Source: Polyangiales bacterium (GTDB taxonomy: Bacteria; Myxococcota_A; Polyangia; Polyangiales; Houyiibacteriaceae). From it: a DNA stretch of 64,000 nt. The stretch covers positions 1,449,693 to 1,513,692 of the forward strand of contig OZ245758.1 in assembly GCA_965227405.1 (NCBI GenBank), in the 5' to 3' direction. Made by a program: the position numbers and the translations under genes. Below the pieces are notes generated by a model that saw only the letters and a program-made list of their open reading frames with translations, did no database searches and was not told where the DNA came from. Positions 8,677-17,580 of this stretch are shown here, one piece after another (within the stretch, counting starts at the first letter, position 1; each line of letters begins with the position of its first letter).

Positions 8677-9831
8677 ATGTCCGATGTAGTGTTCATCACC
8701 GGAGCGACCGGTTACCTCGGGTCGTACGTGCTCGACGCTTACCTGCGCGACACCGACAAGACCGTCGCTGTGCTTACGCGTGCGAAGAACCGCGACGAGG
8801 GTCTCGAGAAGCTGTGGAAGGCGCTGCAGCTCCACATGGACGCCGACACGTTTTGGCAGACCATCGATCGCGTTCAGATCGTCGCGGGTGACTTGCAGCA
8901 ACCCAAGCTTGGCATCGAAGACGCGACCTACGATCGGTTGGTTCAGCAGAGCGAATCGATTCTGCACATCGCTGCCTCGCTCAACCGCAAGAGCGAAAAG
9001 GCGTGTCTGAACCACAACCTCAAGGGCACGTTGTCCATGTGCAAGCTCGCTCGGGCCGCACACGACCATCACGGACTGCGTCGCTTTAGCTTTGTGTCGA
9101 CCACGGCGATTGCTGGAAAGCGCAATGCCGAAACGCTGACCGAAGACCAAGCACTCGAGTGGGATCGCTCGGACTACGACCCTTACGCGCGCACAAAGAA
9201 GTTTTGCGAGCACATGGTTGCTGAGCTTCTGCCCGACGTGGAGCGCACCATCTTTCGACCCAGCACTGTTCTCGGTGACTCGCGTCATCCGCGCAGCACC
9301 CAGTTTGAAATGGTGCAGGCGTTCAACACCGTGTTCTCGATGCCGGTGTTCCCGGTTCGTCCCGAAGCACGCATCGACATCGTCAACGCTGACTGGGTCG
9401 GTCGCGCGATGTTTGAACTGCATCGTCGTCCCGCCAAGTACGACTGCTATCACCTCTCCGGTGGCGTGGCGTCGCCGCAGGCTCGCGAGATCGCCAAGGA
9501 GATGGCCAAGGTGGGTCGTCGCGCGCCGGTGATGATTCCGCAGCTCTTGGGCGCCACGCAGTTTGCGTTCGATCAGATCGCCAGCCTGCCGCAGCGCAAC
9601 ACGGCGACCTACATCGGATCGCTGTTCAAAGTGTTCCTGCCCTACATCACCTTCGACACCGTGTTCGATAACGCACGTGCCGTCGAAGACACCGGACTGC
9701 AGCCGACGAGCTTTCTCGAGTACGGCGCGCCTTACGCCGAGTGGTGTCGCGCGCAGAAGTACCGCTTCCCCTACCAGCCTTTGCCGGCGCGACCGACGCG
9801 CGTGGCCGTCCCGACCGGAGCGAACCCGTGA
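8677..9831 (+). CDS. Second NAD_binding_4-type (thioester reductase / NAD-dependent epimerase-like) protein
   Basis: VVFITGATGYLGSYVL Rossmann motif, YARTK (YxxxK), FRPSTVLGD. 384 aa. Confidence 0.8.
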   Translation: MSDVVFITGATGYLGSYVLDAYLRDTDKTVAVLTRAKNRDEGLEKLWKALQLHMDADTFWQTIDRVQIVAGDLQQPKLGIEDATYDRLVQQSESILHIAASLNRKSEKACLNHNLKGTLSMCKLARAAHDHHGLRRFSFVSTTAIAGKRNAETLTEDQALEWDRSDYDPYARTKKFCEHMVAELLPDVERTIFRPSTVLGDSRHPRSTQFEMVQAFNTVFSMPVFPVRPEARIDIVNADWVGRAMFELHRRPAKYDCYHLSGGVASPQAREIAKEMAKVGRRAPVMIPQLLGATQFAFDQIASLPQRNTATYIGSLFKVFLPYITFDTVFDNARAVEDTGLQPTSFLEYGAPYAEWCRAQKYRFPYQPLPARPTRVAVPTGANP

Positions 9832-11573
9832 GTGAGAAGAAGAAAGAGCGGAAGGTTAAGATCTGGCGTCCAAAGGTCGAGGCTGAAGAGCCTGCTCCCA
9901 AAGAGGAAACCACCGCGATCACGCCGTCGGCACCGGCCAGTCTTGATGTGCGCGGGTTGCTCGACGACCTGCGTGCCTCCGTCGAAAAGCGCGACAAAGA
10001 AACACTCGTCGGTCTGTTCAAAGACATCGGCCGTGTTTCGTTCGACCGCATCAGCGAGTACGCCGACGCCGACCGCGCCCTGATGATCGCCATGAGCGGG
10101 TTCATCGAGGCCGCCGCAAGCCGTTACGCCATCGACCCTGGAGCACAGTGGGCTCAGGGTGAACCGCTTCGGCTACTCCTCGCTGGATATAGCGGTACGC
10201 GCAACACCGGTGCTGACGTTCGCGTCGAAGAGATGATTCGTCAGTTCCGCCATCTCTTTGGCGATGAGCATGTGGCGCTAAGCATCTTCACGCTCGATCC
10301 CGAGCTGACCAAGGGCTACTTCCGCACCGTTCGTCAGCTGGAACTGCCCAAGCTCTTCCCGAAGTTCCTCTTCGACACGATTCACGATCAGCACGCCGTC
10401 ATCGCGTGCGAGGGATCGATGTTCAAGAGCAAGTTCGCCAACGCGCTGAGCACCATGATGGTCGGCGCGATCGGTTTGGCTGCTGCCGAAGGTAAGCTGG
10501 CTGTGGGCTACGGCGGCGAAGCCGGCAAGATGGACAAGTCGCTGGCTCGCCTGGTGAAGAAGTACTGCCAGGACGCGCTGATCATCGCGCGCAACGAGAA
10601 CAGCAAGAAGATCCTGGGCGACCTCGGCGTCGCTTCGCGCAGTGGAACCGACACCGCGTGGACCTTCGATCCTGCACCGCCCGAGGTGGGTCGCAAGATC
10701 CTCATGGACCAGGGCTGGGACGGCAAAATGCCGATTCTCGCGCTGTGTCCGATCAATCCCTTCTGGTGGCCGGTCAAACCGCATGTGCGTCGCGCCGCGA
10801 TCAACGCCGCAACCGGTGTCTACAAGGACAGCCACTACGGCAGCGTCTACTTCCACAAAACCGGCTTCGACGTGGTCGAAGCACAGCACCGCTACTTGGG
10901 TTCGATCGCAACAGCCGTCGTGAAGGTGTTGTCCGAGGGCGAGCGCTTCTTCCCGGTCATGTTCGGCAGCGAACAGCTCGACCGCGAAGCCTGTGAGTCG
11001 ATCGACCGCAAGTTGGTACGTCGCTTGGGAGCGTTCGCGCCCACACGACCGGACGGCTCCAAGGGCTTCCCGATCATCGTCAGCGATGAGTACGACATGT
11101 ACCAGATGGTCAGCGCGATGCGTCAGTCCACGTACATGATCAGCAGCCGCTACCACGCGTGTGTCATGACCATGGCCGGCGGTGTTGTGTCCGGTGGCGT
11201 CACCATGGACGAACGCATTCGCAACCTGATGAAGGACCGCGGCACACCCGAGCTTGCGCTCGAGGTGGACGATCCGGATCTCTACGAGAAGACCTGCACG
11301 ATGATCCGCCACATGATCGCCAACGCGGATTCGATTCGCGAAGGCATCGATGGTTGTGTGTACGCCAACCTCGAACGCATGGGTGAGATGGGCCAGATTC
11401 TGGTCGACCACGTGCGCAAGCATCACCCGGAGTTCCCGTTCCGACCGGAGCTCGGTGAACACGGCGACCCCTGGGATCACCTGCCGACCTTGCCGCCTGC
11501 TGTGGCCGAGTTGGTGCAGCGTGTTCGTGCCCGAGGCCCCAAGGCCGTTCCGCAGTTGGAAGCACGAGCATGA
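9828..11573 (+). CDS. Polysaccharide pyruvyl transferase family (CsaB/WcaK/ExoV-like) protein with an about 100-aa N-terminal extension
   Basis: Probable GTG start at 9828 in a GTGA overlap with the upstream stop. The start is uncertain, and an internal ATG near 10080 is an alternative. LLLAGYSGTRNTGADV matches the family signature GYYGxxNxGD. C-terminal ISSRYHACVMTMAGGVVSGGV matches the conserved R-h-H C-terminal block. Confidence 0.65.
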   Translation: MSEKKKERKVKIWRPKVEAEEPAPKEETTAITPSAPASLDVRGLLDDLRASVEKRDKETLVGLFKDIGRVSFDRISEYADADRALMIAMSGFIEAAASRYAIDPGAQWAQGEPLRLLLAGYSGTRNTGADVRVEEMIRQFRHLFGDEHVALSIFTLDPELTKGYFRTVRQLELPKLFPKFLFDTIHDQHAVIACEGSMFKSKFANALSTMMVGAIGLAAAEGKLAVGYGGEAGKMDKSLARLVKKYCQDALIIARNENSKKILGDLGVASRSGTDTAWTFDPAPPEVGRKILMDQGWDGKMPILALCPINPFWWPVKPHVRRAAINAATGVYKDSHYGSVYFHKTGFDVVEAQHRYLGSIATAVVKVLSEGERFFPVMFGSEQLDREACESIDRKLVRRLGAFAPTRPDGSKGFPIIVSDEYDMYQMVSAMRQSTYMISSRYHACVMTMAGGVVSGGVTMDERIRNLMKDRGTPELALEVDDPDLYEKTCTMIRHMIANADSIREGIDGCVYANLERMGEMGQILVDHVRKHHPEFPFRPELGEHGDPWDHLPTLPPAVAELVQRVRARGPKAVPQLEARA

Positions 11574-12532
11574 CCACCAACGGAAACGGCAACGGTGTTC
11601 CGATGAGCACCCGCTTTGGCACCTGGCAGGCGCGTTTGATCGCCCGCTCGGTGGCCAAGGGTTTGCCGCGTCCGCGCAAAGGTGGAGGTCCGCGCGAGTT
11701 CGAGGGCGCCTGGCTTTCGTGGAAAGTCGTGCCCAACTCGGTGTCGGAGCACCTCGAGGTCACGCTTCATCACGAGCCATGCAATGAGATCGGAACCACC
11801 GCGCTAGGCGAGATCGAAAAGCTTGCCGCGTTTCTGACCGGAGGCGCCGGCGGTGCACGCGCGATGATCGTGCACTCCAACGTCAAGCGCGGGTTTAGTG
11901 CTGGTGCTGACTTACGCGAGCTGCACGCCAACCTGATCGCCAAGTACGACGACGGTGGACGTGGGCTTCGCAACAAGCTGGCGATCGCGACCGAGGTCCG
12001 CGGGTTCATCGACCGGATTCACGCGGCCTTCGATGCCATCGACACCGCACCGATCACCACGATTGCTGCCACACACGGTTTCGTGTTCGGCGGTGGTTTT
12101 GAACTCGCGTTGACCTGCGACGTGATCGTCGCGGAGAAGAGCACGCGCTTTGCGTTCCCCGAACTTCGTCTTGGGTTGGTGCCTGGCTTTGGCGGCATCC
12201 CCCGCTTGAAGCGCGACTTGGGCAACGCGGTGGTCCGCGATCTTCTGCTCACAGGACGTAGCGTCAGCGCCAAACGTGCGCACGAAGTGGGGCTTGTTTC
12301 CCAAGTGGTTGCACGGGGTTCCGGGCTGGACGTGGCCCGCAAAGTGGCCGAACAAGCATCGCGTTTCGACCCGCAGACCACCGCGCTTGCCAAGCGTTTC
12401 ACCAAACCTCTTCCGCGCGAAGAACTCGAGCGCGAGAAGGATCTTTTCATCGAGATGATGGGCTCCCCGGTTGTGGAAGCCGCACTCACCAAGTTTGTCG
12501 AGAGCGACGACGTTCGCCCTTACCTGCCCTGA
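11570..12532 (+). CDS. Enoyl-CoA hydratase/isomerase (crotonase-fold) protein
   Basis: ATGA overlap with the upstream stop. FSAGADLREL and ATHGFVFGGGFELALTCD crotonase signatures. Confidence 0.85.
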   Translation: MTTNGNGNGVPMSTRFGTWQARLIARSVAKGLPRPRKGGGPREFEGAWLSWKVVPNSVSEHLEVTLHHEPCNEIGTTALGEIEKLAAFLTGGAGGARAMIVHSNVKRGFSAGADLRELHANLIAKYDDGGRGLRNKLAIATEVRGFIDRIHAAFDAIDTAPITTIAATHGFVFGGGFELALTCDVIVAEKSTRFAFPELRLGLVPGFGGIPRLKRDLGNAVVRDLLLTGRSVSAKRAHEVGLVSQVVARGSGLDVARKVAEQASRFDPQTTALAKRFTKPLPREELEREKDLFIEMMGSPVVEAALTKFVESDDVRPYLP

Positions 12533-12540
12533 GAACAGAC

Positions 12541-12777
12541 ATGCAACGCGAAGAACTGATCAAGAAGCTGATTCAACTGGCGGCCAAGCGCTTCGAGCGC
12601 GGCGACGACCTTTCAGGCGCCGACGATTTCTTTGAGCGACTGGGTATCGACTCGTTCCAGGCGATGGAACTGATGACCGACCTCGAAGAAGAACTCGACG
12701 TCGAGATTCCGGACTACGAGCTGCAGGGCGTCAACACGTTCGAGAAGCTCGCCGACGTCATCGCACCGCGGTTGTGA
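12541..12777 (+). CDS. Acyl carrier protein
   Basis: 78 aa, acidic. LGIDSFQAMEL contains the phosphopantetheine-attachment Ser (DSL/DSF motif). Confidence 0.85.
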   Translation: MQREELIKKLIQLAAKRFERGDDLSGADDFFERLGIDSFQAMELMTDLEEELDVEIPDYELQGVNTFEKLADVIAPRL

Positions 12778-12781
12778 AGTC

Positions 12782-14488
12782 ATGATCCCGCCTGAACGAT
12801 ACAACTCGGTTGGCGAGCTGCTGCGCGACGCGTGCATCACGTACAAGACCGAAACGGCTTTGCTCGAGTACGACCGCAAGAACGAGAAGGCGTGTCTCTC
12901 GTACCTGGATGTAAAGCGCCAAGGCGAGCGACTTGCTCGACGGCTTCAGGATGCCGGCGTGGGTGCGGGCGACCGCGTGGCGATCGTAATGAGCAACCAG
13001 TCCAAGTGGCTGATCGCCGCCTACGCGATTCTCTATCGCGGCGCTGTGCTGGTTCCGCTGGACTACAAGCTCACCGGCCCCGAGCTGGAAAGCCTGCTGC
13101 AGCACGCGAAACCGAAGGTTTTGATCACCGAGTTCGCCTCCTGGCGAACCATGAAAAACATCGAAGAGCTCGAGTGTTTGAAGATCGTCAGCGAGATGCC
13201 CGACGGGACGGAAGGCACCTTCGAAGCCTGGGATGCGATGCCCGACACGCCGGGTGAGTTCGTGCCTCGACAGCGCAGCGACCAAGCGACGCTGGTGTAC
13301 AGCTCCGGAACCGGCGGTCAGCCCAAGGGCTGCATGCTCACGCATGACAACTACCTGGAGCAGTACCGCACTCTGATTCAACTCTTTCCGTTCAAGGTTG
13401 GGGATCGCTACTTCTCGATCCTGCCAACCAACCACGCGATCGACTTCATGGTCGGATTCGTGGGTCCCTTTGCATGCGGTGCTACTGTGGTGCACCAGCG
13501 TAGCCTTCGTCCGGATCTGATCCGTTGGGTGATGACCAAAAAGAAGATCACGCACATGGCTGTCGTGCCGCTGATCCTCGAAGCGTTCGAGCGGGCGATT
13601 CGAGAGAACCTGGACAAGAAGAACGACGTCATTCAGGTGGCGTTCGAACACGCCAAGCGACTCAATGCTGCGCTGACGTTGCAGAAGCCGCGACGCGGTG
13701 TGAGCCGTCGCTTGATGAAGCCGGTGCTCAATGGCATCGGTCCGCGCCTTAAGATGCTCTTTGTCGGCGGTGCTTTCGTCGATCCCGATCGTGCGCAGTT
13801 CTTCTACGACGTCGGGCTTCCCGTCGTGATTGGCTACGGATTGACCGAAGCCTGCACGGTCTTAACCGTCAATGATCTCAGGCCTTTCCGCTCGGACTCG
13901 GTCGGTCGTCCACTCGAGGGTGTCGAGATCGAAATCCGCAATGCGGACGACAAAGGTGTCGGCGAAGTGTGGGTCAAGAGCCGCACAGTGTTCGCCGGTT
14001 ACCTCGACGAGCCAGAGCTGACCGCCGAAGTTCTTCAAGACGGATGGCTGCGCACCGGTGACCTCGGTTGGCGCGATCCAAGTGGTCACCTTCACCTCGT
14101 CGGTCGCAGCAAGAACATGATCGTCACGGCCGGTGGTAAGAACATCTACCCCGAAGACATCGAGATCGCGTTCGAAGGTGTCGACTGCGAAGAGCTTGTC
14201 GTGTTTGCGTCCGGCTACGTGTGGCCTGCGAGTGGCGGCAAGGAGCTGACCAAGGAATCGCTCTTTGCCGTGGTGCGTGGCAAAGACGGCTCGGTCACCG
14301 ACGACGTGCTCGCTGACCTTCGTCAGCGCAACCACAAGTTGCCCGACTTCAAGCGTGTGGCCGGTGTGCTCGATTGGGACGACGCGTTTCCGCGCACCGC
14401 ATCGATGAAGGTGAAACGCGGCATCCTGGCCGAACAGATTCGTGAGAAGGCCAATGTCGACGCCATTCGGAGGATCGCGCTCGGATGA
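12782..14488 (+). CDS. AMP-dependent synthetase/ligase (fatty acyl-AMP/CoA/ACP ligase)
   Basis: LVYSSGTGGQPKGCMLTH AMP-binding motif I. GYGLTE and GWLRTGDLG motifs. 568 aa. Confidence 0.9.
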   Translation: MIPPERYNSVGELLRDACITYKTETALLEYDRKNEKACLSYLDVKRQGERLARRLQDAGVGAGDRVAIVMSNQSKWLIAAYAILYRGAVLVPLDYKLTGPELESLLQHAKPKVLITEFASWRTMKNIEELECLKIVSEMPDGTEGTFEAWDAMPDTPGEFVPRQRSDQATLVYSSGTGGQPKGCMLTHDNYLEQYRTLIQLFPFKVGDRYFSILPTNHAIDFMVGFVGPFACGATVVHQRSLRPDLIRWVMTKKKITHMAVVPLILEAFERAIRENLDKKNDVIQVAFEHAKRLNAALTLQKPRRGVSRRLMKPVLNGIGPRLKMLFVGGAFVDPDRAQFFYDVGLPVVIGYGLTEACTVLTVNDLRPFRSDSVGRPLEGVEIEIRNADDKGVGEVWVKSRTVFAGYLDEPELTAEVLQDGWLRTGDLGWRDPSGHLHLVGRSKNMIVTAGGKNIYPEDIEIAFEGVDCEELVVFASGYVWPASGGKELTKESLFAVVRGKDGSVTDDVLADLRQRNHKLPDFKRVAGVLDWDDAFPRTASMKVKRGILAEQIREKANVDAIRRIALG

Positions 14489-15387
14489 GCGACAAGACCA
14501 CCGTGATTGTGAACGGCGCCGCGGGTGGCGGACGTTGTCGTGAAGCGGCCCAAGGTGCGCTGAGTCGGCTTCGTGCGCTCGGCATCGAAGCGGACGTACA
14601 CTACACGGAGCGAGCCGGACACGCCTCGGAACTAGCTAAAAATGCTTACAATTCTGGATGTCGCGAGCTCGTTTCGGTGGGTGGGGACGGAACCACGTAC
14701 GAAGTGGTCAACGGACTCTTTCCGCGGCCGGCGGGACATGACGATCCCGTTCGGCTCGGCATCTTGCCCTTGGGTACCGGCAACTCGTTCTTGCGCGACT
14801 TCAATGTGATGAACACGAGTGACGCATTGGATGCGCTTACACGACGTCGTGCACGAAGCATCGACGTGGTTCGCGTGAAGCACTCCACGGGAGTGTTGCA
14901 CTACATCAACTTGCTCACGATCGGTTTCGTCACGAACGCCGGTGATCTGACCAACCGACGCTTCAAGCCCTTCGGCGAAGCCGGCTACCTGATGGCCGCG
15001 ATGGTCTGCATCGCGCGTCTGAAGAACTCGAGCGATCCGATCCGCATCGACGACGGAGATATCGACGCACGTCCGGCACCGTTCTTGGTGTTCTCGAACA
15101 GCCAGTTCACCGGGGGTTCGTTTCACATCGCTCCGCATGCAGATCCCACCGACGGTGAGATCGATGTCATCCGCGCTGTGCCGATGAACCGTGGTGCGTT
15201 CGTGAAGAACCTACTGGCTGTCTACAAAGGCAAGCACGTTGAAGATCCGCGCGTGGAAGAGCGTCGAGCCAAGAAGGTGACGTTCCAAAGCCCACGCGAG
15301 CACTTGGTGATGCTCGACGGAGAGATTTTGCCGCTGACGCTTGAGTCGCTGGAAGTGATGCCGAGCGCCTTGGAGGTTTGGGCATGA
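14485..15387 (+). CDS. Diacylglycerol-kinase catalytic-domain lipid kinase (YegS/BmrU-like)
   Basis: ATGA overlap. VIVNGAAGGGR and VSVGGDGTTYEVVNG (GGDGT) motifs. Confidence 0.8.
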   Translation: MSDKTTVIVNGAAGGGRCREAAQGALSRLRALGIEADVHYTERAGHASELAKNAYNSGCRELVSVGGDGTTYEVVNGLFPRPAGHDDPVRLGILPLGTGNSFLRDFNVMNTSDALDALTRRRARSIDVVRVKHSTGVLHYINLLTIGFVTNAGDLTNRRFKPFGEAGYLMAAMVCIARLKNSSDPIRIDDGDIDARPAPFLVFSNSQFTGGSFHIAPHADPTDGEIDVIRAVPMNRGAFVKNLLAVYKGKHVEDPRVEERRAKKVTFQSPREHLVMLDGEILPLTLESLEVMPSALEVWA

Positions 15388-16247
15388 GTACCGCCGCAAA
15401 GCCTGCTGGAACCGAGAAAAAGCTCGATCCGAACAACCCCGCTCATGCCTCGCATATTGGCGACTGGCGCGAGTGGCGGCCGAGTTTGGTCGACCGCGCA
15501 CTCAGTGGCTTGTGTTGGGGAACCGCAGTGTCGTGGTTGGTGGGATGGACCAACGTCCTGACGCCGATGAACTACATCTTCGGTGCGCACAAGATCCCAG
15601 TGCATCGACTGAGTCAGTTCTTCTCGCGTGGATTGGTCGCGTCCACGTTTTCGTCGTGGAAGGCCTGGGTGCATCCCGATGTGCGTGACGACGAGCAGTA
15701 CATTTTCTGCCAGAACCACATCAACCACTTCGACTTCATCACGATGTATCCCGCCACCCCGCACTACAAGCAGGGGCTCGAGCTGGAGACGCACTTCAAG
15801 TACCCCGTGTACGGCCAGTTCATGAGTAGTCGAGGTACGGTCCCGGTTCCGGCGAATCGCGACAAGCGCTTCGATGCGGTGCGCGAAGGCATCCGCACGG
15901 AGCTTGAGGAAGGCCGAAGCATTCTGGCGTTTCCTGAGGGCACGCGGACATTGAGCGGTCGCGTCGGACCGTTTCGGTCGGGTGTGTTTCGCGTGGCGCG
16001 CGATGTCGGCGCAAAGGTTGCCCCCACCGCTGTGGTCGGGATGTACGACGTGATGCGCAAGGGTTCGCTGATGTTGCGGCCTTTCGGTGATGTCCGCGTG
16101 TTCATCGACAAACCCGTTGATTTCACGGGTGTTTCCGACGACGAGCTACCCGCCAAGATCGACGAGGTTCGCAACGCGATCGTCCGTCGTGTCGACGACT
16201 ATTTCGAGGAGAAGCAGTCATGCCAAGCACCGAGGAAGCGCGGATGA
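15384..16247 (+). CDS. 1-acyl-sn-glycerol-3-phosphate acyltransferase family (PlsC/AGPAT-like) protein
   Basis: ATGA overlap with the kinase stop. NHINHFD (HX4D catalytic motif) and AFPEGTR (motif III). Confidence 0.85.
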   Translation: MSTAAKPAGTEKKLDPNNPAHASHIGDWREWRPSLVDRALSGLCWGTAVSWLVGWTNVLTPMNYIFGAHKIPVHRLSQFFSRGLVASTFSSWKAWVHPDVRDDEQYIFCQNHINHFDFITMYPATPHYKQGLELETHFKYPVYGQFMSSRGTVPVPANRDKRFDAVREGIRTELEEGRSILAFPEGTRTLSGRVGPFRSGVFRVARDVGAKVAPTAVVGMYDVMRKGSLMLRPFGDVRVFIDKPVDFTGVSDDELPAKIDEVRNAIVRRVDDYFEEKQSCQAPRKRG

Positions 16248-16870
16248 GTTCCGTGGATCGTCGTACGGAGCGCGCGACGCGTAAGCGTCGTGATCGCCGT
16301 AAGGCGATCCTACAGGCCGCCCGTCACGTGTTTGCGGAGAAGGGATTTCACCGCACGCACGTCAGCGACATCATCGAAGCGGCGAACATCGCACGCGGCA
16401 CGTTCTACCTGTACTTCGAGTCGAAGAACGCGATCTTTCTGGAGCTGCTCGAGGGTCTGATCGGCGAGGTGCGCGAGAGTATCGTCGGCGTGGATACCAA
16501 GGAAGGCGCACCTCCCGTGCAGCTTCAGCTCGCGCATACATTGCGGCGCGTGTTGGCCACGGTGGTCGAGAACCGGGATCTGACGCGTATTTTGGTGCGT
16601 GAGGCCGTGGGTCTGGGCGAAGACGTCGATGCGCGACTCAACACGTTCTACACGAACTTGTTGGAGTACATCCGGCAGGCTCTGGACAACGGGCAAGAGA
16701 TGGGGATTCTGCGCGAGAGCATGGATACGCATCTCGCATCACTCTGTGTGCTGGGAACGATCAAGTCGTTCATGGAGCAGCTGGTGATGGACGAAGACGG
16801 ATTGGGTGATGACGTCGACCGATTAGTGGTGGCGGTGCTCGACTTTAATCTTCGAGGGTTGCTGAAGTAG
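16244..16870 (+). CDS. TetR/AcrR-family transcriptional regulator
   Basis: HTH RKAILQAARHVFAEKGFHRTHVSDIIEAANIARGTFYLYFESK. ATG 16244 overlaps the AGPAT stop (ATGA). The track offers an alternative start at 16220. Confidence 0.85.
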   Translation: MSSVDRRTERATRKRRDRRKAILQAARHVFAEKGFHRTHVSDIIEAANIARGTFYLYFESKNAIFLELLEGLIGEVRESIVGVDTKEGAPPVQLQLAHTLRRVLATVVENRDLTRILVREAVGLGEDVDARLNTFYTNLLEYIRQALDNGQEMGILRESMDTHLASLCVLGTIKSFMEQLVMDEDGLGDDVDRLVVAVLDFNLRGLLK

Positions 16871-16918
16871 TTTCGGTTTCGGTTTCGGTTTCGGTTTCGG
16901 TTTCGGTTTCGGTTTCGG
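16871..16918. repeat. (TTTCGG)x8 perfect hexanucleotide microsatellite immediately after the TetR stop
   Basis: Read directly: tttcgg repeated 8 times, then gttcgggg. Confidence 0.9.
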
Positions 16919-17243
16919 GTTCGGGGAATTGGGGCCCCGAGGTCGAGCGCAGGAAGGGGGGCATCCTCCTCTCACCGTCGCTGTGTTTGCGTCGTCCGCC
17001 TTCTGTAAGCGCTGCGTCTTTCGCTGCGCCTGAGAGTCGTCAACCCCCGCATCCTACGCTTCCCTCGGGGGTCGTTGGTTCCAACGCACTCCGTCGCGGC
17101 TCCAGATCGCTGCCGGGATCACCGAACACCGCTTGTGTGATCAATGCGCGTCGTCGTCCACTGCTCCGCAGTGTCGCCGCCGCGAATTCGGAGCCGCCCC
17201 GCTGGGCGGCAGTTGCAACGTCGACTGCCGTCGTCCTTCAACC

Positions 17244-17497
17244 GCAATCGCTGTCGCTGCCGCTGTCGCTGTCGCGATCGGCCTTCGCTGTCGCAGTCGC
17301 GATCGCAATCGCCATCGCAGTCGCAGTCGCGATCACAATCGCCATCGCCTTCGCAATCGCCTTCGCAATCGCAGTCGCGATCACAATCGCCATCGCAATC
17401 GCCATCGCAGTCGCCTTCGCCTTCGCTTTCTCCGTCGCTGTCGCCGTCGCTGTCGCGGTCGCAGTCAAAGCAGTCAAAGTTGCGATCGCAGTCGAAG
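17244..17497. repeat. About 250-bp degenerate hexanucleotide array (GCNATC/GCNGTC)n. All six frames are open and dipeptide-repetitive: (AI/AV)n, (SQ/SR/SP)n, (DC/DG/DS)n.
   Basis: Read directly (gcaatcgctgtcgctgcc...gcgatcgcaatcgccatcgcagtcgcagtcgcgatcacaatc...). Track ORFs 17119..17520(-), 17144..17584(+) and 16987..17535(+) all derive from it. Confidence 0.85.
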
Positions 17498-17580
17498 AGC
17501 CCACCAACGCAAATCTTCAATCAAGGTCGAGTTAATCAATACGCATTCCTAGTTCCCAAGAAACCGCCTATAACCCCCAC

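Noticed and set aside
6985-9453. 822-aa minus-strand ORF spanning the two reductase genes
   Set aside because: Antisense to two genes with clear Rossmann/YxxxK motifs. The composition (runs of RRGRH, VVV) is not protein-like. The same reasoning applies to 10278..11480(-), 12758..13651(-), 20505..22607(+), 26238..27788(+), 35292..36629(+), 44546..45847(+), 48281..49585(+), 49477..50556(-) and 57537..58640(-).
16871-17497. CRISPR array
   Set aside because: The repeats are 6-bp and 15-bp tandem units with no spacers of unique sequence. No cas genes are present in the window.
17119-17520. (DC)n repeat protein ORF (133 aa, TTG start) and the (AI)n / (SQ)n ORFs over the hexamer array
   Set aside because: All six frames are open because the period is 6. 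There is no RBS or signal peptide, and only a TTG start. It is treated as a non-coding microsatellite, although its coding potential is flagged in the findings.
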